Shown piece by piece: positions 9,144 through 17,200 of a stretch of DNA of 58,837 nucleotides. Position numbers and translations under genes: made by a program. The stretch's first letter is position 1. Each line of letters starts with the position of its first letter. The notes below the pieces were generated by a model that saw nothing but the letters and a program-made list of their open reading frames with translations, was not told the DNA's origin and did no database searches. Origin of the DNA: a virus (Duplodnaviria; Caudoviricetes); the IMG/VR virus record IMGVR_UViG_3300045119_000159, positions 1 to 58,837 of that record; one strand, written 5' to 3'.

Positions 9144-9144
9144 G

Positions 9145-9382
9145 GATGGGAGAAACGATGGGTGAAACGATATTTGGCCTCATAAGGCATTGTAATTTCT
9201 ATGATCGTCCCGGTCATCTTCTCCGGGAACCCTGGTCCGTAACCGACCGCAACAGACCACTTCGCTAGGGAAGCCGCTATAATCTTATCTTCCTATCGTT
9301 CGCATCAACCCGCAACAGCCCGCATCAAACCGCCTCCCAATGATGGGAGAAATGATGGGAGAGGACATCAGATGAGAGAAAC
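9145..9382. other. attP-like recombination site
   Basis: 12-bp arm-type repeats GATGGGAGAAAY at 9145, 9157, 9342, 9354, 9371 (variants); IHF-like TAAGGCATTGTAA 9183-9195; 10-bp direct repeats 9301-9333. Confidence 0.65.
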
Positions 9383-9617
9383 CTCAGGGACGCTCCTGAT
9401 CGACGGCAAGGAGGTTATATGGGACCGGATGTCGTCAACCGGACTTGCCATTCACCCGGGCAGCGGTGATGTCATCCATCTCGGCGGCGAACCGGACGAA
9501 GAACGCATCCGGTGCGCGCTTGCGGGCTGGAATCAAGGATATGCCGCCGGTAAGCAGGTCGGCCGCTCAACCCTGCAAAACGAGTTCCGCAACCTGATGG
9601 ACTGCCAGCCCCGCTAG
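9372..9617 (+). CDS. Hypothetical protein
   Basis: ATG with GAGGA RBS. Confidence 0.6.
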   Translation: MRETSGTLLIDGKEVIWDRMSSTGLAIHPGSGDVIHLGGEPDEERIRCALAGWNQGYAAGKQVGRSTLQNEFRNLMDCQPR

Positions 9618-9664
9618 TCTGCCCATCCACGCCCATGATACCGAACCGCATTTGGAGAGTTCCA

Positions 9665-10261
9665 ATGATACGTCCCTTAATCGCCGCCCTCCTGCTAGGC
9701 AGCATCCTGACGCAGCCAGCCGCCGCGACCGTCACGTTCAGCTTCATGGAAACCGGAACCCTCAATGACTGCTTCATCGGCCCGTGTGGGCTTCAACTCC
9801 TGAGAACGCCGCGCGAACTCATGAGCATCACGCTATCCAGCGGCACAGAGACGGGCGAGGCCGAATCCAACGGGACCATGTTCGGCAACACCCCTCCACC
9901 CGTGGTCACAGACCCGAACTTCAGTTTCTTGGGTCCTGGTGGCGCTATCGAGGCGGGGATCGGCCCCGTACCTTTCTTCGAGTACGGGGTTTTCTACGAC
10001 ATGCACTGGGTTGCCGTCGCGGGGCAACTGACATACCTCTCCCTAATCTATGATAACTCGCTCAACGAATCGAGCTTCTCGAATTTCGGCCTCACCGGCG
10101 GTCTGGCTATCCGAGACCAGGGATGCGCCCTCACCCCGAACTGCCAGGTTACCGGGTTCTGGACCGACCCGCGATCGGACCCAATTCCCGAGCCAGGATC
10201 GCTAGCGCTTCTGCTGAGTGCGTTGCTGTTGGGTGGTGGAATTGTGTTTCGCCGGGCCTAA
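9665..10261 (+). CDS. PEP-CTERM sorted surface protein
   Basis: Signal peptide MIRPLIAALLLGSILTQPAAA; C-terminal IPEPGSLALLLSALLLGGGIVFRRA. Confidence 0.9.
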   Translation: MIRPLIAALLLGSILTQPAAATVTFSFMETGTLNDCFIGPCGLQLLRTPRELMSITLSSGTETGEAESNGTMFGNTPPPVVTDPNFSFLGPGGAIEAGIGPVPFFEYGVFYDMHWVAVAGQLTYLSLIYDNSLNESSFSNFGLTGGLAIRDQGCALTPNCQVTGFWTDPRSDPIPEPGSLALLLSALLLGGGIVFRRA

Positions 10262-10545
10262 ATCTTGACCCCTGCTCTGCGAGCAAGATCGACGAGTATC
10301 TGCTTCTGTTGCCCGATCCAGACCGCGCTCGCTGGATCAGCGGCTAGTCTGGCGATGCCCTCCGCCGAGAAGCATGCTACTTGAAGACCGATGGCTATAA
10401 CCCCTGCGGCTGGAATTGCCCCGGCGACCGCTAGGACAGGGCGGGCGTCCTCGCAAGCCACCGTGATGGCATCTGAGGATGCGGTAAGCTGAGCCGCCGA
10501 GCACGAACCCAGCAGCAAAGATGCAACTAGAGCCGTTGCTCGCAT
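10258..10545 (-). CDS. Lipoprotein, possible spanin, at end of lysis cassette
   Basis: MRATALVASLLLGSC lipobox. Confidence 0.65.
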   Translation of the reverse strand: MRATALVASLLLGSCSAAQLTASSDAITVACEDARPVLAVAGAIPAAGVIAIGLQVACFSAEGIARLAADPASAVWIGQQKQILVDLARRAGVKI

Positions 10546-10801
10546 AGGATTGCCTCTTTGTTTCGGGGGTGAAGTGGGGTAGGGTTTTTGCATGCCTCAT
10601 TACGATCATTTCGCGCAAGACCTACAGTTCGTAGTTTGCCTCTTCGCCATTTATATCGGCGCTCTCTATGCCTGGATCAGACTGTGGGACTGGTGGCATC
10701 GCGAGAGCGACGAATTTGATGATCGCAGCACGATGTAAATCGCATTTCCGGGTAGGGCCGCGCGAGGCAGCCCTCCCATCCATGTGCTGTCCCCTTGGCG
10801 A

Positions 10802-11347
10802 TTACGGGCCGGGGTTGGTCGGAACCGGCTGCGTGGCCGAGGTGACGTTGGCGAGATCGAGGCCGATTGCCGTAGCTTTCGTATCCGAAACGATATCAAC
10901 CATTTCAGTGAACGCCTTCAGGCCAGCGCTGTCGGAGACCGTAAATGACAGCCCCGGCGATACCTGCACCAGAGCATTGAGCACCACGGCGGGATTGCCT
11001 CCCGCGTCCGTGCCCATGACGGCATTGAGGCTCGCGGGGTTGTTGCTGACAACGCTGAAGGTATCGGCGGGATCGGCCTTTTCCACGGTCCCAGCGTCAT
11101 CGAGCACGAGGATGGTGATGGTATCGACGGCATCGTTCATCAATTGTAGATTTGCCACTAGTTTGCCCTTTCGGTAGATGGTTGGTAGTGCCAAAGCGAT
11201 CCTTGTCGCCTTGCTTATCTGGGCGGGGGTGTTTGATTGGCACCACTGCCAGATGCGGTTAACCTCATCTAAGATCGCCTCGTCATTGGATTCGATACGG
11301 GAGAGCCACGGATAGAGACCGGAGATCCATCTCATGAGCCATTCCAT
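10802..11347 (-). CDS. Hypothetical lysis-region protein with beta-rich C-terminal domain
   Basis: In the late operon after the holin-like gene; likely start MEWLMR. Confidence 0.7.
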   Translation of the reverse strand: MEWLMRWISGLYPWLSRIESNDEAILDEVNRIWQWCQSNTPAQISKATRIALALPTIYRKGKLVANLQLMNDAVDTITILVLDDAGTVEKADPADTFSVVSNNPASLNAVMGTDAGGNPAVVLNALVQVSPGLSFTVSDSAGLKAFTEMVDIVSDTKATAIGLDLANVTSATQPVPTNPGP

Positions 11348-11351
11348 AGGT

Positions 11352-11744
11352 TCACCGGGGATTTTTGACGATCGGGATTTCCGTGGTAGCGTCAACCGTG
11401 TGGATGTTGTCAGAGAGCGGCTGAACTATTGCCGTCTGCTGGAGTTCTATGGCAGCAGGCGTTGGTACGCTGACGACGCTGGCCCCCACCGGCACATCCA
11501 CGGGCGCGGGAACGCTGACCGGCCCTGTAATGCTAACAGGGCCTGTTGGAAACCACAGGCGCAACGCCACCGTCGCTATCGCATCAAGCGTGCCGATTAG
11601 CTGTTCTTGCTGACCCGGCGTATCGAGCAGATGCCATCCTGCCGCGCTCGCGATCATCGCCGCAAGCGTGACCATTTGCGTCCAGAAAATCTTGCTCGCA
11701 AACAGGCTCTTGACGAATTGAATCTTAGCGGGAGCGTCGTTCAT
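11352..11744 (-). CDS. Holin-like membrane protein
   Basis: KSLFASKIFW...TM...IATVALRL pattern; next to the endolysin. Confidence 0.65.
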   Translation of the reverse strand: MNDAPAKIQFVKSLFASKIFWTQMVTLAAMIASAAGWHLLDTPGQQEQLIGTLDAIATVALRLWFPTGPVSITGPVSVPAPVDVPVGASVVSVPTPAAIELQQTAIVQPLSDNIHTVDATTEIPIVKNPR

Positions 11745-11850
11745 AGCAGATACCTGAGAGCCTTTCCTAGATCCCAGAGGGCTTCGCCGAAGAACCAGAC
11801 AAATGTGCCGCCCATTATGGCTCCAGCGGTCAAATATCCGGCGGCACGTC

Positions 11851-12507
11851 TCACGCTGCCTTACCACTGAGGTCGGCGATCGTCCGCTCGATGTCTGCGG
11901 TATGGTCGCGCAATAGCTGCGCCACCAAGTCAGCGACAGGCTTTGTCATGGTTACAGTAACCATGCTGGTAGCTGGTACGGGCGTCGGCGTGACAACAGG
12001 CGTCGGGTCTGGCATGGGAACTCCGGGTTGTGGCGCAGCCTTGTATCCGGTGAGCGCGCGGTTTGCCCATTGCAGCCGCCGGTCATTGCCGGGCAGAAAC
12101 GTATCGGTGGTGCCGCCGGGAGCCTCGAACATGACGCCAAATGTGAACACGGCTGAATCGAGCGCCGTGGTCTTTTTCAGTTGCTCAAGGTCGTGCGCGT
12201 GGCTGGTGCGTAGTTCGTTTACGAGGTAGCCGTAATTTGCCTCGTCGGAACGCTGGTCGAGCTTCTGTGCGGCGCACCACGCCTCGAAGGCACGGCGGCG
12301 AGGACCGGTCCACTGAGCCCAACCCCACCCGCCTGATGGCGGCGTCTGCCCAACCTCTTGAAGCGTCTCGAAACCTGAACTCTCAAATCCGAGGTTGCCG
12401 ACGATGCCGGCGGCTTGCTCTGGCGTAAGACCAAACTCTTTGATCAGCGCGCCGACAACCCAGCCGCCACGCACCTCAAAGGAAGCGGGACGCGGCGGCA
12501 TATCCAT
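11851..12507 (-). CDS. Endolysin, Phage_lysozyme2 (tail-tip lysozyme) family
   Basis: QAAGIVGNLGFESSG, GWGWAQWTGPRR, FEAP motifs. Confidence 0.88.
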   Translation of the reverse strand: MDMPPRPASFEVRGGWVVGALIKEFGLTPEQAAGIVGNLGFESSGFETLQEVGQTPPSGGWGWAQWTGPRRRAFEAWCAAQKLDQRSDEANYGYLVNELRTSHAHDLEQLKKTTALDSAVFTFGVMFEAPGGTTDTFLPGNDRRLQWANRALTGYKAAPQPGVPMPDPTPVVTPTPVPATSMVTVTMTKPVADLVAQLLRDHTADIERTIADLSGKAA

Positions 12508-12508
12508 C

Positions 12509-12751
12509 TCAGTAGACCCACTCCAAAGGAATCTTGACGATCTGCCCCACATAGATCCGGTCTTTGTCCTTGATGTCAGGATTCAGTTCCAGGATCTCAC
12601 CCACCCTGCTAGCCACCTCATCGGCAGGGCATTCAGTCATTCCCTGAGCGATTGCAGATAGCGTATCGCCCTTTCGGATGACCACAGTGGCAGCATCCTT
12701 GTCAGCGGCAATGATGTGCGCCCATTCGAGAACTTCGTGAAAGAAACTCAT
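12509..12751 (-). CDS. LysM-domain protein
   Basis: VIRKGDTLSAIA...ILELNPDIKDKDRIYVGQIVKIP. Confidence 0.85.
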   Translation of the reverse strand: MSFFHEVLEWAHIIAADKDAATVVIRKGDTLSAIAQGMTECPADEVASRVGEILELNPDIKDKDRIYVGQIVKIPLEWVY

Positions 12752-12878
12752 GATTTGCCTCCCTACAGTGTCATTGACCAAGCGACACATGCCGCTAGGA
12801 TGATGACGGCCACAATCAATATCCAGCTGTGGCCGCGATTGATGATCCTCGCCGAGCGTGCCGCTCTGGTGCGGCGGC

Positions 12879-13040
12879 TCACCCGCGTAAGGCCGGCATG
12901 AAGATGTAGAGCCCGAGGAACAAGACCGCCAGCCACAGCAATCCGCCGTGTGCATACGGCCACTGTGAAGCGGGGCCATTCGGGAAGACCGTAATCAACG
13001 TGAGCAGCATGATGACTGCCCAAAGAACTTCAAGAATCAT
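12879..13040 (-). CDS. Small two-TM membrane protein (53 aa, below ORF-track cutoff)
   Basis: MILEVLWAVIMLLTLITVFP...LLWLAVLFLGLYIFMPALRG; GGAGG RBS. Confidence 0.65.
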   Translation of the reverse strand: MILEVLWAVIMLLTLITVFPNGPASQWPYAHGGLLWLAVLFLGLYIFMPALRG

Positions 13041-13171
13041 CACAACCTCCCGTGGCCGAAAAACAGATAAAGAATCAGCAAGATGCCGCCGATGCCGATG
13101 CCCCCGCCGGTTCCCCAGCGGGAATACCCAAAGATCAGCAGCAGCACAATGACGAGGATGATGATGTCCAT
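13040..13171 (-). pseudogene. Frameshifted DUF3309-like small membrane protein
   Basis: MDIIILVIVLLLIFG, then YSRWGTGGGIGIGGILLILIC and FGHGRL* after frame changes. Confidence 0.55.
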
Positions 13172-13181
13172 CGCATTTCCT

Positions 13182-13841
13182 TTAGACGTGGACCCTACGC
13201 CTGAAAACGTTGGCAAACAATCCTACCAGCGCGATCAGCACCCCGATCGCGAGAACAACCCACCCGAACATTTCATTCTGTCCCACGCTCTTACCAGAGA
13301 GGTCAGCCCTCGACTGAACGAGGGTCTTGACATCCTGCAACAGCGCGGCCAGAGCCGGATCGGCGGCGCTAGAGCGGCCTCGCGTCTCATTGGCGTACTG
13401 CTCCAACTTGGTCACTCGTTCCGACATATCACGGGCGTTCTGGTCTATCTTCAGTCCAAGGTCCGTCTTCAGTTCTTTCAGTTGGCTCGCCAGCAGCAAT
13501 GTCGATGAATCCTGGTTCGCCCGAATGACACGGGCCAGTTCCAGGTCGAACGTCAGCTTCTGCGCCGCGAGTTGGTCGATGCGACGTGTCTCGGCGTCGC
13601 GCGCCGCGTTCTGGAACCTGGTATCAGCGTCTCTAATTTCTATGTATCGTTTGGTTACTTCGGCAGCGAGATCATCGATACGTTTGACTGCGGCGATGAC
13701 GAGATCGAGAACGTTCTTGGTCGGGTCGATGGTTTGGTTACCATGCGAATCGACAGGTATGCCGGGCGCTGGCTGGGGGTATTGCCCCCACGCGGGACCG
13801 ATCAGAAGCGCAAGGACAATGAGTATGCGGGCCAGCATCAT
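13182..13841 (-). CDS. Exported coiled-coil protein with C-terminal TM helix
   Basis: Signal peptide MMLARILIVLALLIGPAWG; long helical region; C-terminal TM followed by RRR. Confidence 0.8.
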   Translation of the reverse strand: MMLARILIVLALLIGPAWGQYPQPAPGIPVDSHGNQTIDPTKNVLDLVIAAVKRIDDLAAEVTKRYIEIRDADTRFQNAARDAETRRIDQLAAQKLTFDLELARVIRANQDSSTLLLASQLKELKTDLGLKIDQNARDMSERVTKLEQYANETRGRSSAADPALAALLQDVKTLVQSRADLSGKSVGQNEMFGWVVLAIGVLIALVGLFANVFRRRVHV

Positions 13842-13860
13842 TCGCCCCTCAAGCAGCCAA

Positions 13861-14112
13861 TCATTCCTTGTTGACCGCCTCGATCCGCTCCGCTTCAATC
13901 TCTTTTATGCGGTCGGAAATGGTGTCAGCATCATCAGCGGCCATCTCGCGCAGCTTTGGTTCAGGCTTCGGCTTTTCGTGATCGTGATCGTCGCGCTCAA
14001 CGCATTGACGCTCGCCAAAATCATTGCCATTGTTCGGCCCCGGTACAGCGCCGCAGTAAAGGCAGCGCCCTCCCGGACCACGCGCCTCGCTATGCTCACG
14101 CACCTTTGCCAT
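13861..14112 (-). CDS. Hypothetical protein
   Basis: GGAGG RBS before MAKVRE; CLYC motif. Confidence 0.55.
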   Translation of the reverse strand: MAKVREHSEARGPGGRCLYCGAVPGPNNGNDFGERQCVERDDHDHEKPKPEPKLREMAADDADTISDRIKEIEAERIEAVNKE

Positions 14113-14281
14113 CCAACCCTCCCAACTGGAGAGAAGACCTATGAATATCGATCTGACAAAAGAGGAACTAGAGCGCATCTGCAAGCGGGTCAGGCACCGG
14201 GCGCGCGACGAGTTGGACTACCGGATCATCTCCAGGCTTGAGGTGCGCCTTGAGAACTTCTCCGACACGGAAGACGCCGCC

Positions 14282-17200
14282 TCAATGCACCATCGCTGAG
14301 ATTGGCGCTGACGACGAGGGCGGCGGAGTACTGCACCCGCTGCCACCAAACGTCGTCTGAAAGGCATTTTTCGGACCAGCTTGGTAATACGCCCCAAGCG
14401 AGCTGTAACCAAAGTATGTTTGATAGTAATTCCACCTCGCATCAGCCTTCGCCATGACAGGTGCCATGCCGGTAACGCAACTAGCCAGCATTGCGTTCAT
14501 CGCGCCATGTCCGCTTGTGAGATATCCTTGTGGACCAGGATAATCAACCCAATACCCGATGGGCGCGTTGGCAGGCACGGAGTAGAAATCATAGATACCG
14601 GGGTGCGATGGATCTGACGTGTCAGTAGTATCGACGGCAGTTCCGCCACGCGTCGTCGCCAGATTGAACGAGTTGTAGTTCCCCTTGATCGAGGCAACAC
14701 CAGGATCAACGGCTATCGGGCAGGTAAAATGCGTTCCATCGGTAATGGTACAGGTGAGATTAACTCCTCCGATCCCGGCAGGGGAGCTACCGATGGCCGA
14801 ATTGCCGCTGATGCCGACCTTTCTGGTTCCGGACATGCCGTGCGCGGAACAGGTCTGAAACGTCTCCGTTCCTGATGACCAACTCATGCCGCAGATCGTG
14901 CCTGCGTGCATGTTGACGGCGTAGTACGCCTGGTGGACCTGCAATCCTCCCGGTGCCTTACTATTATTGAAACCTACAAAAGATACCCAATTGAACTTGT
15001 CGCCGTTGGCTGGGTTCCATGACTGGCCGCCAGGGGTTTGCCCCCCATACACGCTGTAGTCCGAGACCCCAAGAGCAAATGTTCCCGGCGAACCTGTCAA
15101 CCATTCTATCGGATGCGCTCCAACATCGGTCGCTATTCCACCATAGTAGTCGTCCGAGTCGATCGGGTTACTTATTATGTTAAATGAGCCGCTCGCCGGA
15201 CTAGCAGAGGCAACCTGCGGGAACGTAGCCGTAGTTGGACCCGTCCGCGTTAGAGTGACCGGCGTATTGGTATAGCCTGCTATTTGCGGTGTACCAGTCT
15301 CGCCCGTGAACATATTATCGCCACCGGTCTGTGTCAGGGTAGCTATGCCCCCAGCCCAAGTGGCGTTGACGCTTAAGAGACCGCCCCCAATGTTGTTGGT
15401 ATCGTAGGTTGATTCTCCGATAGCATACAGCGGATAATCAGTCCCAAACGTCGAGACGATATGCTGCCAGAACGTACTCTGACAGTTCATCAAAGTGAGA
15501 GCGTTGGCATCCTCATCATTGTTGTAGGCGTTCACCAGAACATTCATCATGTAGAACTGGTGGAACTGCCCACGATTGGTCCCGGTTGCCGTGTCCCATA
15601 AGCAGTTCGTGGCCGCGTAGCTATTTTGAAACGGGATGGCAGCGACAGGAAGAGCCGTGGATGCCTGCTGTTGGGCATGAAGATACGCCCCGATCTGTGT
15701 ACCTGCCGGATCGCTGTCAGGCCACCACGCATCGGCATCAGTGAGAGCGCGAAGGCTCCACGCCTGGAGCCGCATCCCCCAGCCGCTTATGTATGTGACG
15801 ACTCCGTAATAATCACTACCGTGAAACCCGATGGCGTTCCGATCTGTCGGGATCTGCCCAGAAATCGCATGGTTAGCGAACTCCATAGCCAGATCGAGAT
15901 ACTGCGGCTCACCTGTCATCAGATAAGCGCAGCTCGCGATGTCAGGCATATGTGAGAAGTCGGAGGTCCACGCATAGCGCGTTGCCAGACCGTGCGCGGG
16001 CGCGGTGAAACCCGACTGCCGCAGAACCTCGCCACCCCACTGAACCGTAGTTGCCGTTGAAGCTGGCATTCCGGTGTAAGAGTTGGCCGGATTACCAAGA
16101 TGAACTGGCCCGCGCGTCGCGAAGTCCCGCATATTAATCGAGAAGTTATTGGCCGATAGACCTATGCTCCGAATGGTCTTGTCATCGTTCAGGCTATGGT
16201 TATAGAAGGCCCGTGCACACCACGTAGTCCGGACCCCGATGCTGTCCCGCTCCCCCCCCTGGTTGAGTTGCTTTAGATATGGACCCTTCGACATATTGTT
16301 ATAGGCCAGGGTTCCGCCAGTGCCAGACCAAGTGCTGGGGTTTGGATCAGGAGGTGGCGATAGACTCATATTGTAGGGAGGCCAGACGTGTGTTGACTGG
16401 TCATAGGTAGGGTTGCCCTTGACGATGATCGGCGCGTCCGTCGCGGCTGTTCCCGGCACGTAGGCGTAGCGACCATCTGCCCCGGCAGTCCACAGCGTCC
16501 CAAAGTGCGGCAGCAACAACATCGGCTGAAAGGTAAAGGTGCCAGTCCCGCCATCGACGTTGCTTGGTAAATCACCCATATTACAAGTACTGAACTGCAT
16601 CCCCGTTGGGAAACTCTCGATGCAATAGACCGTGTTCGTCGAGAGGCCAGTGGGCAACGAGCCGCCGCCATTCGGGAACACATATCCCGTCAGCATGCAT
16701 TGCTGCGTGTCACCGCCACAATCGTTGTACGAGGCTGGTGTCGTTGTGGTCCAGGACCAACTGCCGATCCAGTTCGACGCAGTAATTGTCAGCGGGTTCG
16801 AGCCCTGTGGGAACGGCGGCGTAATCGTGGTCGGGCCAGCGCCATACTGGATGTTGAACGCCGAGAGACCGCGCCAATCCTTCGCTGGCGTGTCGTGGTT
16901 GTACCAAGGCTGCGTTAGGCGTCCGAGCACTCGATAGCCTGCCACACCACCACTCGCATCGAGAACCTGCTGGACGTACCAGTAGACTTCCATCTGCCCA
17001 TGTGCGGTGCCCGACTGCTCCACATGCGTCAGGATGCGATAGACCCTTCCACCCCCACCGTCGCCGTAATTGACCACCTCAACGTTGCGGGCATCGTTGG
17101 CGAGCTTCGCGTCCCAGCTTCCGGTCAGGCCGAAACTCGCTCCTTGACCTGTGATGTTCATCTGAATCAGCGCAGCGTAGAGCTGTGTCGGCGTTAGGCC

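Noticed and set aside
9200-9285. tRNA gene or dif site in the att-like core
   Set aside because: Short segments loosely resemble tRNA 3' ends, but there is no cloverleaf and no convincing XerC/D consensus
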